Positions 1 to 7,494 of a stretch of DNA of 21,821 bases are shown in pieces (position 1 is the stretch's first letter; the number at the start of each line of letters is the position of its first letter). Origin of the DNA: an uncultured Gemmatimonadaceae bacterium (GTDB lineage: Bacteria > Gemmatimonadota > Gemmatimonadetes > Longimicrobiales > Gaopeijiaceae); NCBI GenBank assembly GCA_964420725.1, contig CAYQVI010000035.1, positions 1 to 21,821 of the forward strand. Reading direction: 5' to 3'. The notes beneath the pieces were generated by a model that saw only the letters and a list, made by a program, of their open reading frames with translations, was not told the origin of the DNA and did not search any database. A program made the position numbers and the translations under genes.

Positions 1-443
1 AGGAGATCGCCCGGGCCATCCTCCTCTTCCTGGAGCGGGAGAAGACGGTGGCGGAGGGGGCCGGCGCCGTCCCCCTGGCGGCCCTGGTGGCGGGGAAGAT
101 CCCCCTCCGGGAGGGAGAGGTGGTGGTTCCGGTGGTGTGCGGCGGGAACATCGACGTGAACATGATCTCCCGGATCATCGACCGGGGACTGGTGGAGGAC
201 GGACGTCTCACCCGCCTGGTGGTGTGTGTCCCCGACCGCCCCGGGAACCTGGCCCGGCTTACCCAACTGGTGGCCCGGGCCGGGGCCAACGTGCTGGACA
301 TCGCCCATGCCCGGGCCTTCGCCGACATCTCCGTGGGAGACGTGGAGATCGCCCTGACCCTGGAGACCCGGGGGCGGGAGCATGTGGAGGAGCTGGTGGC
401 GGAGATGCGGGAGACGGGGGTGAGTGTGGAGCTGGACATGTAG
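1..443 (+). CDS. Threonine dehydratase / threonine ammonia-lyase, C-terminal part (end of PLP fold plus ACT-like regulatory domain). 5' end lies outside the window. Reading frame begins at base 3 (EIARAILLFLEREKTVAEGAGAVPLAALVAGK...).
   Basis: Frame-3 ORF is open from the window edge to TAG at 441-443. Motifs ...EKxVxEGAGAxxLAAL... and VVCGGNID are typical of the end of the threonine dehydratase PLP domain, followed by a ~80 aa ACT-like tail. GC3 is very high. Confidence 0.72.
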   Translation, partial: EIARAILLFLEREKTVAEGAGAVPLAALVAGKIPLREGEVVVPVVCGGNIDVNMISRIIDRGLVEDGRLTRLVVCVPDRPGNLARLTQLVARAGANVLDIAHARAFADISVGDVEIALTLETRGREHVEELVAEMRETGVSVELDM

Positions 444-496
444 CGACACCGGTGGACCCTCCGCCGATGATTCCGACCCCATCCGGACGAAGGCCC

Positions 497-1966
497 ATGA
501 TGGCTCGCATGCTCCTCATCGCACTCCTCCTGGCCCTCCCGTCCGTGGTCGGTGCCCAGACGGTCCTGGACGCCGCCCGGGCCAGTGCCACCGCCCCTCG
601 CCCCGCCTCCTTCAGCCAGGGGGTCCGCACCTTCATCGCCGTGGACGAGCCGGTGGTGGCCATCACCGGAGTCATCCTGGTGGACGGTACCGGAAGCCCG
701 GTCCAGGAGGGGATGACCGTGCTGGTGCAGGGGGACGACATTGCCGCCGTGGGGGCAGACGGGACGGTGGAGATCCCCGCCGGAGCCCGGCGCATCGATG
801 GAGCGGGCCACACCCTCACCCCCGGGTGGGTCATGCTCCACGAGCACATGTTCTACCCCTCCGGATCGGCCCGATACAACACCAACGAGATCTCCTTTCC
901 TCCCATGTACCTGGGCGGGGGGGCCACCACAATCCGCACCGGGGGGAGCCTGGACCCCTACACCGACCTGCGCCTCCGGGAGCAGATCAACGCCGGACAG
1001 GTGGCCGGGCCCCGGATGGATGTGACTGGACCGTACCTGGAGGGGCCCGGGGGCTTCATCCGGGCCTTCCCCCAACTCCGCACCCCGGAGGAGGGCCGAG
1101 CCCACGTGAACTTCTGGGCGGATCAGGGCGTCACCTCCTTCAAGGCGTACAATCTCATCGATCGGGCCACGCTGCAGGCGGCCATCGAGGCGGCCCACGC
1201 CCGGGGAATCAAGGTCACGGGGCACATCTGCTCCCTGACCCACCGTGAGGCGGCGGATATCGGGATCGACAACCTGGAGCATGACTTCCGGGTGGCCACC
1301 GACTGGGTGCCTGGGAAGCGTCCCGACGAGTGCCCTCCCGGACAGGCCAGGAGCCAGAGCCTCATCGACCTGGACCTGGAGGGTGAGGCCTTCCTGGAGG
1401 TGGTGGACCACCTCATCGCCAGGGGGGTGGCCCTCACCACAACCCCCACGGTGTTCGAGCGCTCCGCCACCGGACGGCCCCTCCCTCCGGCCGCCGCCCT
1501 GGCCGCCATCGAGCCGGGCCTCCGGGAGCGGGTGGAGCGCCGGTATACCGCCCTCCGGGACAACGTCAGCCCCGGGGCGCAGGAGCTGTTCCAGGACCTC
1601 CTCCGGGCCATCCTCATCTTCCACCAGCGGGGTGGACACCTGGTGGCGGGGATCGACCCCACCGGTGGCGGGGACGTGCTTCCAGGGCATGGGAACCAGC
1701 GGGTGATCCAGCTCCTGCTGGAAGGGGGCTTCCCGGTGGAGGAGGCCATCCAGGTGGTGACGCTGAACGGAGCCCGCTACCTGGAGGCCGCCGACGTCAT
1801 CGGCTCGGTGGAGCCGGGGAAGCGGGGGGATCTGGTCCTCATGCAGGGAGACCTCCGGAGCGATCCCGAGACGCTCCGGCGACCCGTTCTGGTCTTCAAG
1901 GACGGTGTGGGCTTCGACGCTCCGGCGCTCCTGGCCTCCGTCCAGGGCAGTGTGGGGATCCGCTGA
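497..1966 (+). CDS. Secreted amidohydrolase-family metal-dependent hydrolase (489 aa) with an N-terminal signal peptide MMARMLLIALLLALPSVVGAQ.
   Basis: ATGATG at 497 is in frame with the long ORF 137..1966. The hydrophobic signal peptide precedes a sequence with the amidohydrolase HxH motif (MLHEHMFYP), which continues through C-terminal ...GDLVLMQGDLRSDPETL.... A weak SD GAAGG lies upstream. TGA at 1964-1966. Confidence 0.8.
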   Translation: MMARMLLIALLLALPSVVGAQTVLDAARASATAPRPASFSQGVRTFIAVDEPVVAITGVILVDGTGSPVQEGMTVLVQGDDIAAVGADGTVEIPAGARRIDGAGHTLTPGWVMLHEHMFYPSGSARYNTNEISFPPMYLGGGATTIRTGGSLDPYTDLRLREQINAGQVAGPRMDVTGPYLEGPGGFIRAFPQLRTPEEGRAHVNFWADQGVTSFKAYNLIDRATLQAAIEAAHARGIKVTGHICSLTHREAADIGIDNLEHDFRVATDWVPGKRPDECPPGQARSQSLIDLDLEGEAFLEVVDHLIARGVALTTTPTVFERSATGRPLPPAAALAAIEPGLRERVERRYTALRDNVSPGAQELFQDLLRAILIFHQRGGHLVAGIDPTGGGDVLPGHGNQRVIQLLLEGGFPVEEAIQVVTLNGARYLEAADVIGSVEPGKRGDLVLMQGDLRSDPETLRRPVLVFKDGVGFDAPALLASVQGSVGIR

Positions 1967-1968
1967 CC

Positions 1969-2562
1969 ATGCTGGCCCTCTACCTCTTCGCCCTGGTCCT
2001 GGGTGGGGGCTTCCTCCTCCTCTCCGTGCTGGGGGGAGGTGACGCAGACGTGGACCTGGATGTGGAAGGGGTGGATGGTGCAGCATCGGCCGGGGCCGAT
2101 GGGGACGTCGCCAGTCGCATCTTCTCCCTCCGCACGGCGGTCTACGCCCTCTTCGGGTTTGGAGCCACCGGCACCATCCTGGCGGCGCTGGGGATGGGGA
2201 GCCTCACCACCCTCCCCTTCTCCCTCCTTGGCGGTGTTGGGGCGGCGCTGGTGGTCTCCCTGGCCTTCCGGTTCCTCCGTCGCACCGACTCCGGGGCTCA
2301 GGCCGGCGAAGGTTCCCTCCGGGGGCTCCCCGGGGTGGTCACCCTTCCCCTGGGAACCGGGAGCCCGGGGACGGTGGCCGTGGAGCGGGGGGGACGGCGC
2401 ATCACCCTCCGGGCTCTCCCCCACCCTGCATCCCGGGGTGAACCCCGGAGCTGGACCCGGGTTGTGGTGGTGGAGATGGAGCGGGGGGTGGCGCTGGTCT
2501 CCCCCCTGGAGCCCGACGAACTGGAAGCCCTTGGATCCGGCGAGGATCCCCTCCCGGGGTGA
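1969..2562 (+). CDS. NfeD-like (YuaF/YqiJ short-form) membrane protein. N-terminal TM helices, acidic linker and C-terminal OB-fold beta domain. Partner of the downstream flotillin.
   Basis: ATG at 1969 is 2 nt after the amidohydrolase stop, so it is translationally coupled. The protein has two hydrophobic segments (LALYLFALVLGGGFLLLSVLGGG; AVYALFGFGATGTILAALGMGSL...GGVGAALVVSLAF). The glycine-rich beta-rich tail GVVTLPLGTGSPGTVAVERGGRRITLRA...RVVVVEMERGVALVSP sits immediately upstream of an SPFH gene, the classic yuaF-floT arrangement. Confidence 0.6.
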   Translation: MLALYLFALVLGGGFLLLSVLGGGDADVDLDVEGVDGAASAGADGDVASRIFSLRTAVYALFGFGATGTILAALGMGSLTTLPFSLLGGVGAALVVSLAFRFLRRTDSGAQAGEGSLRGLPGVVTLPLGTGSPGTVAVERGGRRITLRALPHPASRGEPRSWTRVVVVEMERGVALVSPLEPDELEALGSGEDPLPG

Positions 2563-2637
2563 AGGCCCCCGGCCCGGCAGGCGTAGCACCTCCAGGAGTC
2601 CCTCCCGGGTATCCGACCCTGAACAGGAGCACAGAAC

Positions 2638-3969
2638 GTGGGAATCGAGACTTTGATCGGCGTGGGCGTCGTGGCCGGGGTGATCCTGGTGGCCGCCGTG
2701 GTGGCGGTGGCGACGGTGAAGGCCCTCATCGTCATCGTGCCCCCGAACCGTGCAGCCGTGATCACGGGACGGGAGCGGGTGGTGGAGGGGGGGCAGACGG
2801 TGGGGTACCGCTCGGTGAGCGGCGGACGCACCATCCGCATCCCCATCATCGAGACGGTGCAGTGGGTGAGCCTGGAGACCTTCCCCATCGAGATCTCCGT
2901 GAAGAATGCCTTCTCGAAGGGGAACATCCCGCTGAACGTGGAGGCCATCGCCAATGTGAAGATCGCCTCCGAGCCCCGCACCACCTTCAACAACGCCGTG
3001 GAGCGGCTCCTGGGGAAGACCGAGGAGGAGATCGAGTCCATGGCGAAGGACACCCTGATGGGGAATCTCCGGGGGGTCCTGGCCACCCTCACCCCCGAGG
3101 AGGTGAACGAGGACCGTCTGGGGTTCGCCAAGGCGCTGGCGGAGGATGCCGGGGAGGACCTGGCGGCGCTGGGCTTCCATCTGGATGTGCTGAAGATCCA
3201 GAACGTCAGCGACGAGCGGGGCTATCTGGAGGCCATCGGTCGGCGGAAGGCGGCAGAAGCGGTGCGGGAGGCGGAGATCGCCGAGGCCAATGCGGAGGCC
3301 GACACCCGGGAGGCCCAGGCGGAGGCCCGGAGGCGAGCCGAGGTGCGGGAGGCGGAGACGGCGGTGAGTGTGGCGGAGGCCCGGAACGCCCTGCGGGTCC
3401 GGCAGGCCATGCTGGACGAGGAGGGGGAGATCGCCGAGCGGACCGCCCGGGTGAAGGCGGAGCAGGCGGAGGTGGAGGCGCAGCGGGAGCTGGAGCAGAG
3501 GCGGGTGAGCCGGGAGCAGGAGCGGCTCAGGGCGGATATCGTGGAGCCCGCCCTGGCCGCCCGGGAGGCGGCGATGGCAGCCGCGGAGGCCGAGGCCGCC
3601 CCCATCCTGGAGCGGGGAAAGGCGCAGGTGGAGGTCCTCCGGCGCCTCTATGCCGAGGTGCAGCAGGGAGGGGACCATGCCTTCGCGGTCTTCATGGCGG
3701 AGAAGCTTCCCGAACTGCTCACCACCGCCGTGGATGCCGTGAAGGGAACCGAGATCGACCGGCTGGTGGTGCTGGACGGTGGGGACGGCAACGGCGTCTC
3801 CAACGCCGCCAACCAGCGGGTCCGGGGGGCGCTGGGGACCATCGAGGCCCTGGCCTCCTCCATGGGGCTGGACCTGGAGGAGGTGCTGAAGGCGGCGAAC
3901 CGGAAGGCGCTTCAGTCGGCACCGTCGGAGAAGGTCACCCCCCCGAGCGGCGCACCCCGGGGCGACTGA
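2638..3969 (+). CDS. Flotillin-like SPFH/band-7 protein (FloT/YqiK type), 443 aa. N-terminal membrane anchor, SPFH domain, and a long E/A/R-rich coiled-coil (flotillin) region.
   Basis: GTG start at 2638 is preceded by AGGAG (2625-2629). The protein has a TM segment IGVGVVAGVILVAAVVAVATV and an SPFH core (VITGRERVV...PIEISVKNAFSKGNIPLNVEAIANVKI). EA-repeat heptads (EAEIAEANAEADTREAQAEARRRAEVREAE...) match the flotillin signature. TGA at 3967-3969. Confidence 0.85.
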   Translation: MGIETLIGVGVVAGVILVAAVVAVATVKALIVIVPPNRAAVITGRERVVEGGQTVGYRSVSGGRTIRIPIIETVQWVSLETFPIEISVKNAFSKGNIPLNVEAIANVKIASEPRTTFNNAVERLLGKTEEEIESMAKDTLMGNLRGVLATLTPEEVNEDRLGFAKALAEDAGEDLAALGFHLDVLKIQNVSDERGYLEAIGRRKAAEAVREAEIAEANAEADTREAQAEARRRAEVREAETAVSVAEARNALRVRQAMLDEEGEIAERTARVKAEQAEVEAQRELEQRRVSREQERLRADIVEPALAAREAAMAAAEAEAAPILERGKAQVEVLRRLYAEVQQGGDHAFAVFMAEKLPELLTTAVDAVKGTEIDRLVVLDGGDGNGVSNAANQRVRGALGTIEALASSMGLDLEEVLKAANRKALQSAPSEKVTPPSGAPRGD

Positions 3970-3982
3970 CCGCGCAGTAGAA

Positions 3983-4015
3983 GGGGGGAGGGCCGACACA
4001 TCCGGCCCTCCCCCC
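3983..4015. terminator. Perfect 13-bp GC-rich hairpin (GGGGGGAGGGCCG-acacatc-CGGCCCTCCCCCC) between convergent flotillin and metalloprotease genes. Putative bidirectional terminator.
   Basis: Inverted repeat read directly at 3983-3995 and 4003-4015 with a 7-nt loop. It lies 14 nt after the flotillin stop and 27 nt after the minus-strand metalloprotease stop. The T-tract is poor. Confidence 0.5.
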
Positions 4016-4041
4016 GCACCGACCCCTGGCCACCCGGGAAC

Positions 4042-6522
4042 CTACTCCTGGCGATCCGCCGCCAGGATCCGGGCAATCTCCATCCGCACATCCCTGAGAT
4101 GGATCCGGGTCATGTCGTCGGCCGCCCGGCCGATGGCCCGCTCCGCCAGGCGATCCAGGTCCTGCAACTCCGCCCGCATGACCCCCCGGACATCCGAGGC
4201 CCACGGCTGGGGGGCGGGGTTGTTGTTCCGGGTGAGCTCGGCCTCCGTGGGGTTCAGCCGGCTGTCCGCAGCGTCCAGGAAGGCCCGCTGCAGGTTCCGA
4301 CGGTACACATTCACCCGCACACTCCCGTCGTCCAGTTCACCCCAGACGCCGTCCCGCACGTCCGACATGAGCTCCGCGATGGTGTAGGTATCGGCAGGGC
4401 GCGCTGCCAGCGCCTCGAACTCCACGAGGCGATTCAGCCGGGGCTGGCTCAGCAGGCTCCCCAGGATCCTGGACTGCTGGACCCGGAACCGGTCTACCAC
4501 CCCCTCGTTCTCGATGCGCCGCAGGAGGCCGTCGTCCAGGAACATCTCCGGGACCTGGAAGGCGGTGCGGTTCAGGTACTCCACGGCCTGCCGCTGGCGC
4601 GCTCGCTCCACCGGCTCGAAACGGGGCCCACGGCCATAGGTCTCCTGGGTGTAGGCGCCCCCCACCACGGCCGCCACGTGACCCATGTACCTCCCCCACT
4701 GACCCACCGCCTGACCGTAGAGGGTCGCCAGTTCGGCGTAGCTCTCCCCCGGGACCTCGGCGATCCTGGGGAGCAGGTCCACCACCCGCTCCAGATTGAG
4801 CATCCCGAGGGTGGTGGACCGCACCGCATCGGCGTCTCCCACCGCTTCCGTCAGGTTGAACGGGTCGGCAGTGGCGTCCGCGGTGGAGAAGCGGAGCCAG
4901 GGGAACTCGTCCTGCACCCGGGCCCACTCATCCAGCGTGGTCAGCTCCTCGTCCGGGGTGCGGGCCGAGGGGATGGGGGTGTAGCCCCACTGCACCGCGA
5001 AGACGTCGTAGGGGCCCACCTGGGGAATCAGCAGGTGCGGCGGGATGCTGTCCTCGGGCTGGGCCACGTAGTTGAAGCGGGAATAGTCCATCAGGGTGGC
5101 CACATGGCCATTCATCCGCTCCAGGAAGCCCCGGTCCCGGATGGAGTCCACCGGATACATGGCCGAGGCCTTCATGTTGTGGGGGAGCCCGATGGCATGG
5201 CCGATCTCATGGGTCACCACGTACTCCACCAGCCTCCCCATGAGGGAATCCGGGAAGGGGATGGACCAGGCCCGCTCATCCAGGGGCGCCACCTGGGTGA
5301 TGTACCAGTTCTTCTGGAGCTCCATGATGTTGTGGTACATGTTCACCTCCCCCTTCAGGATCTCTCCGGAACGGGGGTCCACCACCTGCCCACCGGTGGC
5401 ATTGGCCACCGTGGACGGCCGCCAGTAGATGACGTGGTGCCGGGCGTCGAACAGGGAGAAGTCCGGGTCCTCCTCCGGGGTGGGGGCGATGCGCCCCTGG
5501 ATGGCGTTCCGGAAGCCCGCCGCCTCGAAGGCCGGCTGCCACTTGTCCACCCCTTCCACGATCCACGGCTTGAGCCAGTCCGGGGTGGCGGGATCGATCC
5601 AGTAGATGATGGGCTCCACCGGGTCCGACACCGCCGCGCCGGGATCCTGCTTCTCCAGCCGGTGCCGGTGGATGAAGCGCACCTGCTGCGCCCGCTGCTC
5701 CGGCCGGGACATGTCATAGGAACGGCTGGAGTTGAACCCCACCCGCTCGTCGTGCCACCGGGGCATCATGGGGTCATCCGGGAGCTTCAGCATGCTGAAG
5801 TGGACCTTCACGGTCTGGGAACGGGGAGCGGCCTGCCCGCCTCCAGGTCCACCGGGCCCCCCTCCGCCAGCCGGGCGGGCCTGGCCGGACTGGGTGACCT
5901 CCACATTCACATTCCGGGGGAACGACCAGGTCCGGTCGATCCAGCTCCGGCCCCGATTGATCCCCTCCACCGGGTTCAGTTCAGGGATGTTGGAGAGGAA
6001 GAGGTCGCTGACGTTGATCACGGCCGCGCTGTCGGGGGCGTAGGCCGCAACCGGGAAGATGGCCAGTACCGCCCCCCGCCGGAATCCCTCCACCTGGCGC
6101 CAGATGGCCGAGGTGGTATCCGCCACCAGGTCGAACTCCCTGGCCCGGAGGATCACCCGATCCCCCTGCCGGTCCCACTGGACGATCTGCCGGGCCCCGC
6201 CCCCGAAGAAGCCTCCGGGATCCTGGAGGGTGGACTCCACCGGTCGGCCGATGAGGAGCATCTCACGGCCGATCTCCTCCCGGGGGATCTCGAAATAGAG
6301 GGAATCGCCCATGCGGTGCACCCGGAACATCCCCTCCTGGGTGACAGCCCGGTCGGTGATGACCTCCGTGTAGGCCCGGGGTCCGTTCCCCCTGGGGGCC
6401 GGACGGGTGGCAGCGTCACCTCCACCTGGAGGCGTGGGCGTGGCGGCGGGAGCCCGGGAGCAGCCGGCCACGACCAGCGTGGTGGCCAGTAGAACACCGG
6501 CGGTTCGTATCGAACGGTTCAT
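4042..6522 (-). CDS. Large secreted lipoprotein zinc metalloprotease (826 aa), metzincin-like. It belongs to the DUF5117/DUF4953-type Zn-dependent metalloproteases.
   Basis: The signal peptide has a lipobox (MNRSIRTAGVLLATTLVVAGC|S). It carries the extended zinc-binding motif HEIGHAIGLPHN (HExxHxxGxxH) and a G/P-rich low-complexity linker. The ORF is long and uninterrupted with high GC3. ATG at 6522-6520 has no obvious SD. Confidence 0.8.
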   Translation of the reverse strand: MNRSIRTAGVLLATTLVVAGCSRAPAATPTPPGGGDAATRPAPRGNGPRAYTEVITDRAVTQEGMFRVHRMGDSLYFEIPREEIGREMLLIGRPVESTLQDPGGFFGGGARQIVQWDRQGDRVILRAREFDLVADTTSAIWRQVEGFRRGAVLAIFPVAAYAPDSAAVINVSDLFLSNIPELNPVEGINRGRSWIDRTWSFPRNVNVEVTQSGQARPAGGGGPGGPGGGQAAPRSQTVKVHFSMLKLPDDPMMPRWHDERVGFNSSRSYDMSRPEQRAQQVRFIHRHRLEKQDPGAAVSDPVEPIIYWIDPATPDWLKPWIVEGVDKWQPAFEAAGFRNAIQGRIAPTPEEDPDFSLFDARHHVIYWRPSTVANATGGQVVDPRSGEILKGEVNMYHNIMELQKNWYITQVAPLDERAWSIPFPDSLMGRLVEYVVTHEIGHAIGLPHNMKASAMYPVDSIRDRGFLERMNGHVATLMDYSRFNYVAQPEDSIPPHLLIPQVGPYDVFAVQWGYTPIPSARTPDEELTTLDEWARVQDEFPWLRFSTADATADPFNLTEAVGDADAVRSTTLGMLNLERVVDLLPRIAEVPGESYAELATLYGQAVGQWGRYMGHVAAVVGGAYTQETYGRGPRFEPVERARQRQAVEYLNRTAFQVPEMFLDDGLLRRIENEGVVDRFRVQQSRILGSLLSQPRLNRLVEFEALAARPADTYTIAELMSDVRDGVWGELDDGSVRVNVYRRNLQRAFLDAADSRLNPTEAELTRNNNPAPQPWASDVRGVMRAELQDLDRLAERAIGRAADDMTRIHLRDVRMEIARILAADRQE

Positions 6523-6534
6523 TCGGGTACCCGG

Positions 6535-6551
6535 GACAGGGGGACAGGGGC
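6535..6551. repeat. Tandem direct repeat GACAGGGG-GACAGGGG, 13-30 nt upstream of the metalloprotease start codon. It is adjacent to a 10-bp perfect palindrome CGGGTACCCG (6524-6533).
   Basis: Read directly from the sequence: gggacagggggacaggggcatc. Candidate regulator-binding site, with no functional evidence. Confidence 0.3.
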
Positions 6552-7004
6552 ATCCCCCGGCGGGGCGATGCTCTCACGGCGTTACAAGTATGCATGCGGA
6601 GTCGGTACCGCGCACAGGGGCGGGGATGGCCCCCGACGACCGCCGCGGAGGACCCTTCCCCCCGGAGACCCGCAGAGCGCCGCCCCTGGTTCTTCCGTCC
6701 CCCCGGGCGCCCCCGCACCCGGCACCTCCCTTCTCCGGCAACCCCTTGAATCCTTCCCACGTCCCATCCGTAGGGAAGGACACAGAGCAGGTGTGGAATC
6801 GGGTTCGACAGGGGTCGACCCGCCAGGGCGGAGGGGTGGAGGAGGGGTGCAGAGATGGGTGGGGTGGAGAAGGGGTTGGACGGGGGCCCCCCGGAACGGG
6901 TGGTGTGGAGGGGTGGGAGGGTCCGGTGGCGGTCCCCGGTTTCCCTTTCCTGTACCGGGCCGAACGGACCGGAGGGATCAGGAGACCGGAAGGGGAGGCG
7001 GGAC

Positions 7005-7035
7005 TTGAAACCCCGCAACAAAGGATCCGTAGTGT
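7005..7035 (+). promoter_or_regulatory. Candidate sigma70-like promoter for the orphan small ORF. TTGAAA (7005-7010), a 19-nt spacer, then TAGTGT (7030-7035), in the only AT-richer island of the intergenic region.
   Basis: The -35-like hexamer is read from the sequence, and the -10 match is weak (TAgTgT). The local GC drop (7005-7107) contrasts with ~70% GC elsewhere. The position is appropriate for a ~65-nt 5' UTR ending in SD GGAGGA (7097-7102). Confidence 0.3.
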
Positions 7036-7107
7036 GATGCAACAGGGAGGCTGAAGCTCCCTGCCGACAATGAATCGACGACCATGCACGATAGATGGAG
7101 GAATACC

Positions 7108-7257
7108 ATGCGACTCATCCGACGCTCCAGCGGGCGTTTCACCCCGCGCAACGAGTTCTCCGTCACGACTCCCATGGCCCCGGAGCTCCGGGCCCACCGG
7201 CGTCCCGGCTTCACCCTGACGGCTCGGCAGGACAAGAAGGAGAACACGGCGGAATAG
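7108..7257 (+). CDS. Orphan small protein, 49 aa (MRLIRRSSGRFTPRNEFSVTTPMAPELRAHRRPGFTLTARQDKKENTAE). It is basic with no recognisable family. It appears to be a stand-alone transcription unit.
   Basis: ATG at 7108 is preceded by a strong SD GGAGGA with a 5-nt spacer. GC3 of this frame is very high (genome-typical), unlike the overlapping frame of track ORF 7095..7868. TAG at 7255-7257 is followed within 31 nt by a 15-bp-stem terminator hairpin. This ORF is absent from the supplied track because it is under 60 aa. Confidence 0.5.
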   Translation: MRLIRRSSGRFTPRNEFSVTTPMAPELRAHRRPGFTLTARQDKKENTAE

Positions 7258-7287
7258 CTCCCCGGGGGAGGACCCGGAGGGGTATGG

Positions 7288-7330
7288 GCGGGGCCCGGTG
7301 GACGCATCCACCGGGCCCCGCTTCGCTCTG
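7288..7330 (+). terminator. Intrinsic terminator-like hairpin. Perfect 15-bp stem GCGGGGCCCGGTGGA-cgca-TCCACCGGGCCCCGC followed by TTCGCTCTG.
   Basis: Perfect inverted repeat at 7288-7302 and 7307-7321 with a 4-nt loop and a T-containing tail. It lies 31 nt downstream of the small-ORF stop and ~165 nt upstream of the S9 peptidase start. Confidence 0.6.
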
Positions 7331-7494
7331 GCGCCCGCGTCCGGCCCGGATGGGGTCTCCTGCCAAAGCCCGACACGGCGCAGGACACGGTTGCCTGACA
7401 CCGCCCGTGACGCCAACATCAGTATCCTGCCCCCATCCGGTCAGGGCCCCTGTCAGAGACCTCCCAGTCGGACCAGCAGCGGAGAGCAAGGTCA

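Noticed and set aside
3240-3640. Repetitive GCGGAGGCC/GAGGCGGAG units that look like a tandem DNA repeat.
   Set aside because: They are the codon-level reflection of the E/A/R heptad coiled-coil of the flotillin domain. They are in frame, protein-coding, and not a mobile or satellite repeat.
1777-3999. 740-aa minus-strand ORF antisense to the NfeD and flotillin genes.
   Set aside because: G/P/R/H-rich low-complexity translation with no domain signatures. It is the typical stop-codon-poor antisense frame of a 70%-GC coding region. The sense-strand genes have clear homology and SDs.
4099-6492. 797-aa plus-strand ORF antisense to the metalloprotease gene.
   Set aside because: Same GC artefact. 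The composition is dominated by G/P/R/H/V runs, with no motifs. The minus-strand gene has a lipoprotein signal and HExxHxxGxxH.
6524-6537. GGTACCCGGG resembles a KpnI-SmaI multiple-cloning-site fragment, raising a vector-contamination thought.
   Set aside because: Only 10-12 bp is shared. The flanks are not polylinker sequence, and the coding frame of the adjacent gene runs straight through. It is a chance palindrome in GC-rich DNA, kept only as a possible operator.
6500-6830. Checked for tRNA/tmRNA-like elements (GTTCG-tat-CGAAC at ~6503-6515; GGGTTCGAC...GGTCGACCC at ~6799-6819).
   Set aside because: These are isolated short stems without acceptor or anticodon arm context. The first lies inside the metalloprotease coding sequence. 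No tRNA cloverleaf could be assembled.
6961-7003. ...CAGGAGACCGGAAGGGGAGGCGG... resembles the SRP (4.5S) RNA domain IV consensus CAGGUCCGGAAGGAAGCAGC.
   Set aside because: I could not find the complementary 5'/3' strands needed for the long SRP helix, nor the GGAA tetraloop closed by the expected pairs. The similarity is too short to support an RNA gene.
6568-7419. ORFs 6568..7008(+), 6574..7419(-) and 7095..7868(+) in the long intergenic region.
   Set aside because: Translations are extreme low-complexity (G/P/R/S). GC3 in these frames is not elevated like real genes here. The only frame with a coding-like signal is the 49-codon ORF at 7108-7257, reported separately.
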